From assembly GCA_964270895.1 (NCBI GenBank), contig OZ185436.1: a stretch of DNA of 64,000 nucleotides, one strand, 5' to 3'. Position 1 is the first letter of the stretch. Each line of letters starts with the position of its first letter. Under the pieces are notes generated by a model, which was given only the letters and a program-made list of their open reading frames with translations, did not search any database and was not told the DNA's origin. Position numbers and translations under genes: made by a program. The DNA comes from Podarcis filfolensis (lineage: Eukaryota). Shown in pieces: positions 13,552 through 25,516 of this stretch.

Positions 13552-13810
13552 GGGACAATCAGCCAGGTCGTGCATCCACAGCAGTGGCCAGAGGAGGAAT
13601 GACTGATGAGAGCAGCGCAGAGAGAAGGAACGCCATGGTACACCTGCAGCAGAGCAGCTGGTCACCTCCATTTGCCCCAGTTGCAATAATACATCTCTCC
13701 CATGTCGGTCTCTACAGTCCCAGCAGTCATTGTAACTCTCCAACTGTTTGACTTCACCCCCAAAGGAACACTCTTCCGTTGTCTCCTGAGGACAGATGGA
13801 TGCCAACAAC
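13552..13810 (+). mobile_element. RTE-clade LINE (non-BovB) 3' fragment
   Basis: Degenerate C-terminal coding region plus 3' end gacttcacccccaaagg...gacagatggatgccaacaac; homologous to 25160-25516. Confidence 0.8.
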
Positions 13811-15336
13811 AGGTAATAGGAGACTAGAGAGAACGTAGCTCTTTCAAAAAACTTATAGAGCCACTTCTTCCCCCCTCTATTTTAAATGGAAAAGCTGGGG
13901 TCACACTTTTATGGACAGTGGCTTGGATCAGCTGGCTGCATGTTTTCTGCAATCCATATTCATATTTAGAACCTTCCTAGCTTAAAAAATAGTGGCACCA
14001 AGCAGCCAATGAATTTCTTCACAGGAAGGCAAAGTGATTTCTATGCATCTCTTACTTAAATGCAAATATTTCCAAGTCAATGCGTGCAAGGTATTTGAGA
14101 ATCCCTCAATGACGGGTGCCAGGGAGGCTTATTATGAAAGCATAAAATGATTGTTGGTTCAGGTTTGGATCAGAGTAGAAATGAATGTTCAGGCTGCTTA
14201 TTATTTCCCACCTGAACTGGCTTGTCCATTCCTGATGCCAACACCCCTGTTGGTAATATAGGTTTTTCACAGAGAGAATTAATTCTGCTTTTGAATTTAA
14301 TTTCCATTTTCTTCATTTAGGCATTATTACTTTCTATATAATCAGGTGTAAGCATCACACATACAGGACTGCGGACCTGGGACTGTGAATGCAGCTGTGT
14401 AGGCAGCGAAATATTTTGTTTTCAAATTCATTTGTGCACTTTTCTCAAAATTACTGCTATCTGCAGATTTTCTGAAATATCTGCCCTGCTGTTCATAAGC
14501 CATAAAATATAATCTGCCTTTTGTAGGACCCCAATTGGTAAATTGCATTAAAAAAATTAGGCTGGCGACTCCTTATTAGATGTTGAGCATTAAGACTGAG
14601 CACAGCCAGTGATACATTAAAGGAATGCTAGATAGGCCACCTTGTGCTAGAGTTGCTTTGAAATAACTTTTGCTTCATCAATTAACAATAAAAATAATCA
14701 AAGGAATAGCATGTTGTCAACAAAGAGGTTCTTTTTAATAACAGGATTCAGAGACTAATTTCAGGTATTTATTTTGGCTGCTTTTATGTGTGAATTTGCT
14801 ACCTCCTCTTTTTTCCTAAAGCCCACAACAGCAAGCGTTGCTACTTAAAGACACATGCAAGGTTTAGATAGAAGTTAACCATTACACTTGCTTTTGGACA
14901 TTTGTACACCTGAGAAAACAGTGAGCCTAAACGGGTCTTGGTTCCTCATTCACACATCTTAATGTCCAGCACATCTCTATTAATTTGAGATGCACAAGCT
15001 ACACCTCAGGGGTGTGTACATCTCACCGTAGAGACAGATGCTAAAGGACTCGTTTTGGGCATTAGAGGATGGCCTGGGGCATTTGAATTTCCAGTATCCT
15101 CACTGCTCTCAACATCTCCCAACATTTGAAGCCAGCCTGCACTCAGCTCTCACCTGTGGCTCCTTAGAAGCTGTCAGCATGTGATGCAACCACACCCTGG
15201 GAACAGCTTTGACAGGCCGGCTAAACCAGGTGAAGGTTAGCTGATGGGTCTCAAAACCTCTGTGTTAGGGACTTCCGCTGCATGCAAAGGCAGGATCCAA
15301 TGGATTGAATGGACAAGACCAACAATGGGTCCAGTA

Positions 15337-15510
15337 CAGGCAATCCTCATTTTGTGCATTTTGGACCCCTGCACATGTCAGCAGAGCCTACTCTGCCCCA
15401 CCCCTTTTTGTGATGACTTTAAAACATTTTGGGGCTTCTTCTGGACTCGGTGCCGTGTGTGCAAGCACGATCGCACAACCTTCGGACGCGGCTAAATAAG
15501 TTGTTGCCTA
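15337..15510. mobile_element. Degenerate Tc1/mariner-type MITE nested in the RTE-derived element
   Basis: TA|caggcaatcc ... gttgccta ends; interrupts host sequence ggtccag / atcaagaagg. Confidence 0.5.
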
Positions 15511-16030
15511 ATCAAGAAGGTGATTTCAGCATGTGCTGTAGTAGGAAGTGAGGCAGATGGGGCTCGTCAACCTGGGAAGGTAGGCCATCTAGGATAGGGG
15601 TCCTCAAACTTTTTAAACAGGGGGCCAGTTCACTGTCCATCAGACACTATTGGGGGCTGGACCAGAGAGGTGCCAGAAACATGCTTTCTCCGTGTGTGTG
15701 TGTGTATTTAAAAAAAACACCTTGTTTCAAAATAATAGCCAGAACAGACCCGCAACAGGCACTATCTGTAATAATATAAGTTACCTATTCATCACCTTAA
15801 TACTTCATTTCTTCTGGGTTATTTTTGATGTTGTTTTTTCCTCATGCATATGACTTTCTCTGCATTGAAGTTTATTTTCTATTTACATGGAGATTCCCTT
15901 GTACAATAAACTGTTGTGATTCAGATTTCTCTTCTTGCTAATTCTAATTGCATACTTTGCCTGTGTTTTTGGTGCTTCCCTAACTTTTAAGGTTGCCAAG
16001 GCAGTCGACTGGGACCCACGTGTGCGTTAA

Positions 16031-16483
16031 GGAGGCAACCGGCCAGCGAGGCGCTGCTCTGGGGGGCACGGAGCTGGCCTGAGGGGAAGGGAGATGGGGA
16101 AGGGCTGGCGTGGAGGCAACCAGCCGGTGAGGTGCTGCTCTGGGGGGCACGGAGCTGGCCTGAGGGGAAGGGAGATGGGGAAGGGCTGGCGTGGAGGCAA
16201 CCAGCCGGTGAGGTGCTGCTCTGGGGGGCACGGAGCTGGCCTGAGGGGAAGGGAGGAGGGGGAAGGGCTGGCATAGAGTAAGGTTACCAGACGTCCCCGT
16301 TCCCTGGGGACAGTCCCCGGATTTACAAACCAGTCCCCATACAAAATCCATTGAAGTTGAAAAGTGTCCCCGGATTCAATGAAAAAAATCTGGTAACCTT
16401 AGCGTAGAGGCAACCAGCTGGCGAGGCGCTGCCCTGAGGAGCACAGAGCCGGCCTGAGGGGAAGGGAGGAGGGTAAGGGCAGG
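16031..16483 (+). repeat. GC-rich 81-bp minisatellite, about 4 units, inside the hAT element
   Basis: ggaggcaacc recurs at 16031, 16112 and 16193 (period 81); the fourth unit is split by the 123-bp MITE. Confidence 0.92.
16279..16401. mobile_element. 123-bp hAT-type MITE nested in the minisatellite
   Basis: Perfect 13-bp TIR taaggttaccaga / tctggtaacctta; 8-bp TSD gcatagag (16271-16278) / gcgtagag (16402-16409). Confidence 0.9.
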
Positions 16484-17780
16484 CTTGGAAGGGGTTCATT
16501 CGCCGCCATCCCTCCCTCTGGCAGCTTAAAGGGGCAGCGCACAGTTATCAAGCAGCTGGCGCCGGCGGTAGCAACTGCATTACCAGGGCTTTGTTACCCG
16601 CATGCGCTTTTACCTCAGGTCTCTTCCTGCCCAGCTGCTTCCGAGACTCAGGCGTTGCGGGTGGGCTGGGGTCAGGACCCTGGCAGGCCAGATCTGGCTC
16701 TCGGACAGTAGTTTGAGGACCCCTGATCTAGGAGAAGGAAAACTCTGATCCCAAACCTCCACTCCATTGTGGGATATTTTCGGAAGAAGAAAAGCCTAAG
16801 GAGTAAACCCTACACAAATCCTTTGGACTACATCAGCAAGACTGAGAAGGAGATCATGCTGCCTGGGCAGCCCAGGACCTCCATACACACTGCCCAGGCT
16901 TGTGACCTGGAGATGTTACTTCGGTGCTGCTAACACAGTGGTTTGACGTCACCACCAGAGACACACTCCATTGTCTCTCAAGATAGGAGGTCAACAGTCT
17001 TTACTTTGACCTCAACCATCCAACCATTTTCTTCACCTCATCCAGTAAATCTCTTTCTAGTAGGGATTAATGCAGGGGGAGGGGATCTTGCACCCAGATT
17101 TATTTGTTTGTTTAAATAAAACACATTGCTTTTTACAGGAAAAAGTGTCAAGGAGGCTACCAACACCTTTAGAATACAAAAAGACTGTGAAAGTTCAAAA
17201 AAGGAAAAAAAGCATACATAGTACTAAAAGCATTCCTCTACTAGTAATCAGTAACAAGGAGAATATCCTTCCCTATCCAACATAAATACAAACACTGAGA
17301 ACTGGCCAAAAATCAAGCCACAAGAAGATCCGAATGTCTGGGAAAATGTACTTTGCAAGGTGGTGGAGGACAAACAAATGATCAATCTACAGGTAGGTAT
17401 CTCACCACTAAAGTTCAAGCATGCATAAATTTCAAGCCTTGCCAGGTGCATGATGGAATCACAAGGAGCAAATCCACTCATCACATACTATTTCACCTAT
17501 TCCCAATATTATGCTCCAGTGCTGAAGTCATGAGGCAACCCCCTACTTCACTAGAGATCTAGAAGCGCATTCAAGCTCTGAATAACTTCCTTTCAGGGTT
17601 ATAACTGATCTGAATGACTTACAGAGCTGATAAGGATTTTGGAAATATATGAATAACAGAAGACACTGCCATAGTACCCCCAACAAATGTCTTATTTATT
17701 CTACAGCAACTGCACCTTTAGAATGAAATAAGAATTATGCAGGTGTGCCCCAAATACCCTGTGCCTTCGCACTCTGACTC

Positions 17781-18245
17781 ATTATTTGTTTAATATATTT
17801 TTACCCCACCTTTTAGGGCAAGTCTTCGCAAGATGGCATACAGTAAACAAGTTGAAATAAAAGTACTTGAATATTATTATAATAACCTCCCACAGTAAAA
17901 AATAGATAGGGGACAAACGATAAAGTGAATAAAGAGCTTTACATAATAAAAAGGTCCATAAAGACCGCTTAAAAGCCGCAAGAGAGGTTGTCAAGTGGAA
18001 TTCTCGGGACAGGAGGAGGAAATTCCACAATTGTGGGAGTGCCAATAGAAAGGCCCTGCCCTGGAAACCCCAAAACAGGGTCTCTGATCCAGGGTCGTGA
18101 GGATGTAGATGGTCCTTCAATTAGCCCAGCCCCAAACCATTTAGGGATTTAAAAGTTAAAACTACCACTTTAACCTGAAGCGAGAAATGAATGGGCAAAT
18201 GACACAGCTGTTGCAAGGGAGTTATGATACATAACCCCTCACAAT
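17781..18245 (-). mobile_element. L2 LINE 3' fragment
   Basis: Minus-strand translations LPIHFSLQVKVVVLTFKSLNGLG and RAFLLALPQLWN...SLAAFKRSLWTFL match the L2 ORF2 C-terminus pattern. Confidence 0.8.
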
Positions 18246-18728
18246 CATTTGGGTCACTGAATTTTGCAAAAGGTGAGGTTTCCAGACTACCTTTAAAGGC
18301 AGCCTTTTGCAAAGATCCTTAGCCTAGACTGGATATATTATAACCTATGTGCGCACAACTGAGGCCAAGTCCTCTTGCTCCAGACACGGTTGTGGTTGGT
18401 GAACAACCCTAAGGTAGTAAAGGCACTCACAGATAGCCACTGCAGGCACTTGAGCCATCACAGATAACAATGGATCCAGGAGTACCCTCCCCACCGCAAC
18501 CGAATATCTGATTCTTCAAGGCAAGTATAATCCCATCCAAAGCTGTCTGCAATTCTTTATCCAAATAAGTGGTCCTCCCAAAAACAGTTCTTCTGTTTTA
18601 TATGGATTAATATTCAAGGGTTGTTGTTTTTTTCTCATGCATCTCAGAACTGCCTCTAGAATGAAACCTGTTCAAGGTTTCCATTGCCTCCCTGGCATTA
18701 ACAGATGCATACTAGTGACACTTTAGCC

Positions 18729-19044
18729 CATGGGTAGGCAAACTAAGGCCCAGGGGCCGGATCCGGCCCAATCGCTTTCTAAATCAGGCCCGCGTACAGT
18801 CCGGAAATCAGCGTGTTTTTACATGAGTAGAATGTGTCCTTTTATTTAAAATGCATCTCTGGGTTATTTGTGGGGGCTGCCTGGTGTTTTTACATGAGTA
18901 GAATGTGTGCTTTTATTTAAAATGCATCTCTGGGTTATTTGTGGGGCATAGGAATTCGTTCATTCCCCCTCCAAAAAAATATAGTCCGGCCCCCCACAAG
19001 GTCTGAGGGACAGTGGACCTGCTGAAAAAGTTTGCTGAGCCCTG
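18729..19044. mobile_element. hAT-type MITE with internal direct duplication of about 70 bp
   Basis: Ends catgggtaggcaaact / agtttgctgagccctg; gtgtttttacatgagtagaatgtgt...gggttatttgtgggg occurs twice; TSD imperfect. Confidence 0.8.
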
Positions 19045-20284
19045 CGTAGCCCAAACTCTTGGGTGACCTCTCCAAGCAGTTTCAAACAAATGTTAAAAAG
19101 TAGGGGAGACTGGCCAGAACTCCATTGCACCCCAAAAGCCAACAACCCTGAGATGGAACAGTAGTACCCTACAAATATTTTTTTTCTTACTATGTTGAAG
19201 CGTTATATCTTCTAACTTTTAGTGGTTTGGGATTTGTGTGCCATAAATGCTACACCCAAAATGAACAGGCTCTGATGAAGCAAGCACCAACAAATGTAAA
19301 AGCATACTGGTGTGTTTTCCCCCATTATCCCAGTGGGTGAATTTTATTTATTTTATTTTTTTAGTCAACCTGACAACAGCCATAAAACTGTCAGGTTCTA
19401 AGGCCACTTTCCCAAATGACATTTTTAATTGTTTCTCTTGGTGTTAATTTCACTCACTCTGCTGCAAAGCACTTGCTGCCCTGTGACTTCAATATTAGCT
19501 CTGGAGGTTTAAACACATGAGGCAAACAGCTGCTGTCTGCAGCTCAAACAATTTCTCTGGTAAAATTCTTTTCTTACAAATGGCCGTAACTCAAGCATTT
19601 ATGGCAAAGTTCATGGTTCAGGGCAAAAAAATTCTACTCTCTGATCATCACTGCAGATTTCTTATGAGCCCCATGAATCTTTACTGTGTTCACTCTCCAT
19701 GGTTCACACAAGGGCCACAATGTAGATTTCAATTATGTATATGTTATTTGGGGGGGGGGGATTAAGCTTGTGCTTTACTTCAAAAGAGCGCAAATGCTCC
19801 ATATATCAATGAGAGTTTGTCCTCTGATATTAGGGACAAATGCCTCAAAAAATTTTTTGAAATGTATACGTACAAATGCACACCTATGAGTGTAAAGTAG
19901 GTAGGTAGGTAGCTGGACAGACATATGCACACTAGAATATGAGAGGAGGTGGGAAGTGGCAGTGAGTCCTGTGAGTCCGGCCCCCTGCCTTGCAGGCCTT
20001 TCCCCACCTGGCCTGAGAAAGCAGGGCCCAGACTAACTCCAGTTACAGAAGCTGAGGCTCCTGAGGAGGCTAGAGACCATCTTGGCTGCCTCTCAGTGCA
20101 GACTCAGGTCATCGAGCCTGAGCTTCCACAGCTGCCACCTACCATGAACCACCACTGGCAAGATCGGCAGCAACAGCAGCAGATAACTTTTAAGCTAATG
20201 ATAATATTTTATTCTCTACTTATGCTGTTTTAAATGTGCATTTTGTATTTGACTTCCTTTAGTAATGCTTTATTTTGAAATGTT

Positions 20285-20310
20285 ACACACACACACACAC
20301 ACACACACAC
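20285..20310 (+). repeat. (AC)13 microsatellite
   Basis: Direct count. Confidence 0.95.
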
Positions 20311-20383
20311 TTTACCATGTTAAATGTGCATTCTGTAGTTGACCACCTTTGTAATGCTTCATTTTGATATCTTTAAGATAATA

Positions 20384-20586
20384 CAGTGGTACTTCCGGTT
20401 GCGAATGGGATCCGTCCCAGAGGTGTGGCTGTATCCCGAAGTTTTCGCAACTGGAAAGACTGCTTTTGTGCCTGCGGCGGTAGACAGCTTCTGCGCATGC
20501 GCGAGCGGCAAAACACTTCCGGGTTTGCAGCTTTTGCAACCCGGAGTTCACGTTACCCGAGGGTAATGTAACCTGAGGTTCCACTG
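20384..20586. mobile_element. Tc1/mariner (Tigger-like) MITE
   Basis: TA|cagtggtac ... gttccactg|TA; CpG-rich interior. Confidence 0.82.
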
Positions 20587-23500
20587 TACTTAAGTTTATT
20601 CTGGATTGTTTTATTTGATGCTATAGTGTGCTGCAAGCCACTTTGAGGAGTTTTTTTTCTTAATAATATAAAGCGGTATAGAAATGGAATGAATAATAAT
20701 ACATTTTGAAGAAACCAACTTGCATTCAGCAGTCTCTGTACTTTATAGAAATACAGTCTTGGAACATTTATTAAAAACTAAAATATATTCTTAACAAAAT
20801 TTGAAAAGTACTGTTTACATTAAAGTAGGAAAACTTTTTATTAAGAAACAAGCGGGTTGGTGCAATCACTTAGACACACTCCATGCCCAAGTCACATTTT
20901 TCTGGAAGTGGTTGCTCCTGATGAAGACCAACTCCACAAGAGTGTTTTTATCCTTCAAAAACAAAATAACATTGGGTATACAGAAGTGCGTTATAGTAGC
21001 AGGATTAAATAACATATGCTGATATTTTACAGGAGCAAATTAAGGCACAATATTGTTGATCACATCATAACTTCCACTGAATGTTGGCACTGCCCTGTTC
21101 TAGTCACCCTGCTCTAGCCACGCGGAAGAGCCGAAACAGTGAAGAAGGTTGCTGGTTGCAGCACCATGGAGAGCAACTTCTTCGACATGGGTTGGAAGTG
21201 AACTCAGGCCTTTTGGGCCTCTTCCTCCAGTCCCTCTCTCAGGACTCCTCCCTCTTATGAAGAATTAGTCCCTTCAAGGGCCAACCCTCGGGCCTGAAGA
21301 TGAGGAACTTGTGCTCCATGGCCTCCTGCTTATAGGCCCCGGGGCTGTCACAACTGGTTTAATGGGCTCCAGCCTGCCATGCCCAGGCTCCTTGGCCCCC
21401 TGGTCACATCAAATTCAGAGCCAGGACTATCTCAGTCACTGCTGGACCCTAGGGTCATTGCAGGTGATTATTATTGAAAAGTGAGCACTTGTACTATTTG
21501 AGAAAAGGAGAAGAGCAAAATTGGATCTACAAGCAAAGGCACTTAGATTGCCTGGAGCAGAGGTTCCCTATTATGGTGGGGGAGACAGGACATCTGGGCT
21601 CAATGCCATCCATCATAGGACAGTATTGAACCCAGCTTGGGATCCAGAGGGTATCCCACTGGCCTCATTTCAGAGCACCCTGCTGGCTTCCTCTAGTGTA
21701 GATACTGGCAAGAGGCAGGCTCAGCCAGGAGAACCGGGAGCAGGAGCACTTCCACCTGATCCAACCCCAGCCAGATGCTAAGGGTTTTTGGGTTGCTCTG
21801 TTTGTCACAAATAAATGCACGGTAATGCACATACTGCATTTTAGTTAAACTATACATGTATTTTATCTTGTCAAAAAGCAAGAGATAAATATTCTTCATC
21901 CTATGCAACTAAAAGTTTCAAGTGATACCATACTGATAACGCACACAACACAACCTTAAGCATGTTTACATGCTGAGTTCAGTGGCTCTGACTCCACAGT
22001 AACTGTGACGAGGATTGTAGCCTTAAATCAAATGCTTGTGGTTGCTTATGTCTGAAATGAAAAGACAGAGATGGCCATGCTTCTTTAGTTCTTAAGCTTA
22101 TATTTACTTCATTATACTTTAATCCACTATCCTCTGATATGGAGATGGTTAGAAGAGTCACAAAAACAAAATATATCTTAAGACTATAAGGCTGATACAT
22201 TCCACAAAAGTTTAAAATGGGAAATGTCCTATTTAAAAATATGGAGAACTTCTAAAAATGACAGCCATCTGATGTATGAAAATTATTCACAACCAAAAAC
22301 AGACAGTCTGGAAATAACCAGGATGACTTCATTTAGACAGAATTGCCCAAATCTGTTTCTAATATACACAGTACACATAATAAATTTTTACAATATGACA
22401 AGGAAAACAAACTTAATAAAAGTTCCTGATCTTTTTTAACACAAGCATGCTATAGCCACGTTATGTTTATAATATTTTATCCATGATATCACGGCTAAGT
22501 AACAAAATCTAAGCAACACAAAATCAGTTACTAGGTATGACTTCACCACACAACTACCGTAACTACACTGGTTATGTACATAAAAACCACACTATCCATA
22601 TGCCTATCTCTACAGCTGGAAGAAGGGCTGAAGGATTGCCTGGAATCCCACTTTTCACAAATGTTCCCCAGTAGGCCTGATGGGGGACTCCCATCTCTGA
22701 TCTCATAGCCTGACAGGATTAAAAACTCCAGTCTGGCTTTAGGTCTATTCTTGGGAAGTGGGGACAGGGAAAAAAGCACCAGAGCAGCTTCTAGGCAGTT
22801 CTCATTACATAGATGGCCGCAATAACAGAATAGCTGGAATAAGCTGTAGTTCTGCCTGTCCCCACTTGCCAGCTGAATATGATTGCTCTGCATCATCAAG
22901 AAAAGAAAGGAAAGGATACATTACAGTGTGACATACTGGTAACCCAACCAGTACTGGCCCTGTGCAAATGCAGAACCTGGGAGCATCAGTGTTCTAGCAT
23001 ATTCTACAAATATTGCATCTTGTCTCCAGTCTTTCAGAGACGCCAGTGTATACTGTATAGTGTGGCTGTACATTGGTGGAAGGCCAGTGTGCAAATGCTC
23101 CATGCACAAACGTTGTGGATATATGCTAGCCAGTGTCCTGGAATATTTTTGTAAATTTTGTCAACCACTATTGGGGACCAGCTGTTAGTAAAGCAGTCTA
23201 CACACTACACACACAGTTGCAAATTCTGTCTTCTTATCAATCTACTGTCCTGCTTAAAAAGTGGCAATAAACTTCACAGGATCAGTATGAATTTGTAAAA
23301 ACAAAAAAAAAAAAAAAAAAGGAGAGAGAGATTTTATCCTATTTTAGTTCATCCGCTGTTATTTGATAAATGCTTCTAAACCTTTTGGCAAACAGTATCG
23401 GCAGGAAAAGCAAAGATGTCTTATGATCACAGAAGGCAATTTTCTTCAAGGATTGAACTTTGCAAATATATCCCCATGGGTCCCATGGTTCTTCAATCTT

Positions 23501-24048
23501 GCCCCTTTACAGTCTCAGCTGGCATTCCTGCCTGGGCATCTTGCCAAGTGGACTGGACTGCCCCTTATTGTTGCTTCTGTTCTTAAGACACCTGCACCAA
23601 CTGCTGTTATTCTTGGCTTCAGGAAATTTTCTGCCCACTGGACAAGCTCCAGTGCTGTGCAGTAATACGATGCAGATTGCAGCACTCTAGGATGCATGTG
23701 TCAAAACAGTGCCATGGTTTGTAGCAGATACTGGAAATGGGAGGTGGGAACCAGTAGTAGAAAAATGCTGCCTACTCAAATTGACAGAAAAGTGACCTCT
23801 GCACTATGTCAGAAATTCCTCTAGACTTACCAAATAACTGAGTGTGTTTTTATCATACACAGCGAGATTCATGTGGAAAATGGAAACACTATATCACTTG
23901 ACCTCAGATTGCTTCCCTTTTCAACCACAGATGAACACCATGAATAAAATTCTAAATCAACTTAAGATGTATTTTTAGCAGCCTCTCATTCTTTTCTTTA
24001 AAAAAGTGAGAGGTAGTTTTATGTTTAGATGAATAAATCAAGTAAGAA

Positions 24049-24108
<60 letters not shown>
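24049..24108 (+). repeat. (TATC)15 microsatellite
   Basis: Direct count. Confidence 0.95.
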
Positions 24109-24109
<1 letters not shown>

Positions 24110-24639
24110 GTAGTTGAAGTTTACCATTGCTACAGATGATCTTTTGGTCTCTCAAAGATTTTACTTATTGGCTACGTTTGGACAGCATACCAAACTATAG
24201 TTTAGCATGACAAGAAGCAGCAGCAGCAAACCTCTGGCTTTCAGCTCACCTACTTCCCCTCTCCCTCCATCCAACCACAATAAGTTTGGAAGTTTTCCCT
24301 TTTGTTTTTGCTTGTTTTTGCAGTGAGTCCTGGTTTTTGAACCAACAAACAGTTAATGTTAACAATGGTTTCTTGAAAGCGCACTGACTTGAAGATTCAA
24401 TTCAATGCATGGCATCATCATATATTTGACTACTTTGTCTTGACATGATTTAGCTGAAATCAAATGGTTGTAAAGCTCTAATGAGCTCTATAAAAAGGGG
24501 CATGGTGGTTGTATTTTTGCATTAATCAAGATCCCAGAGCTGTTTAGCGTATATTAATAAAAAAAATCAGTATACAATCCTAAACAATCAACTAAAAAAA
24601 CTACTACTGCACCAACATGGAAATACAATTAACTACCTC

Positions 24640-25055
24640 CAAAGACCTGGGTAAAAAGCTATGTCTTTACTTGATGCTGGAATGAAGGGGCCATCTGAAC
24701 CTCCTAGGGGAGAGAATTCCATGTTTGGGTGCTGCTACTGAGAAGTCCCTGTACCTGCTGGCAAGACAGTTAAGAGTTAAAGTATTTGCATGCTTGATCT
24801 CAGAGCCCAGGCTGGCTGATATAGAGAGCGGCACTCCATCAATCAAGTTTCTTGGTCCCAAGTTTTAAAGGGATTTATGCATTAACGTCAACACCTTGAA
24901 GCCCAGTAACAGAGAGGCAACCAGGGCTGATCCTTCAGAACAGGTGCTATCCGATTCGATACAAATGCGCCAGCCAGAATTCACATGGACGCATTCTGCA
25001 CTAGTAGCAGTTTCCAAACTATCTTCAAAGCTAGCCCCACATAAAGAACATTAAT
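24640..25055 (-). mobile_element. Old L2 LINE fragment
   Basis: Minus translation RDFSVAAPKHGILSP and the pattern aacaccttgaa...ttcaaagctagccccac...agaacatta parallel the L2 at 46.8-48.5 kb. Confidence 0.7.
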
Positions 25056-25159
25056 CTAAATGTGATTCTCAGGGCCATTTCCATGGTCAATTTGTAGGAA
25101 ACTTGAGTGTACGCTCAAAATGGAACTAAAATCAAACCTGGATCCCCCACTACGACTTC

Positions 25160-25516
25160 AGGCACCCGGGCTGTTGGCAGACCAACTCTGCACACATGAC
25201 ATGAAGGCTGGCAACATCAACCCTGTCGCGTGGGAACCCCTTGGAGATGACTGCAGTGAATGGAGACAGAGAGTCAGGTTGTGTATCCATAGTAGTAATC
25301 AGAGGAGGAATGATGGCTGGGAGGAGCACAGAGAGAAGAATCACCACGGTGCATCTGCAGCAACACAACTGGACACCTTCAATTGCCCCAGTTGCAAAAA
25401 ACCCAAAAAACATATTGGTCTCTACATCCACAGCAGGCACTGTAATCTTCTAAAAGTCTGACTTTACTGCCAAAGACGGACCCCTCCATTGGCTCTGAAG
25501 ACAGGTACATGCCAAC
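25160..25516 (+). mobile_element. RTE-clade LINE 3' fragment
   Basis: Translation DMKAGNINP..WE.L.DD.S.WRQ...TFNCPSCKK..KHIGLYIHSRHCN is typical of an RTE ORF C-terminus; tail ends gacaggtacatgccaacc. Confidence 0.85.

Larger units (their letters stand above)
15595..16725. mobile_element. Non-autonomous hAT element, 1131 bp
   Basis: 16-bp TIRs taggggtcctcaaact / agtttgaggacccctg (15/16 match); perfect 8-bp TSD ATCTAGGA at 15587-15594 and 16726-16733. Confidence 0.92.
15130..16995 (+). mobile_element. Non-autonomous RTE-derived (SINE-like) retroelement interrupted by two DNA transposons
   Basis: Continuous after removing 15337-15510 and 15595-16733. Its 3' end gacgtcaccaccagagacacactccattgtctctcaagatag resembles the RTE tails at 13745-13810 and 25458-25516. 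No ORF remnant seen. Confidence 0.65.

Noticed and set aside
15980-16351. Proline-rich ORFs with 27-aa repeats
   Set aside because: They are translations of the 81-bp minisatellite inside a transposon.
19950-21480. Two GC-richer stretches (about 19950-20190 and 21085-21470) resembling LTR remnants
   Set aside because: No TG...CA ends, TSD or second copy could be verified in the window.
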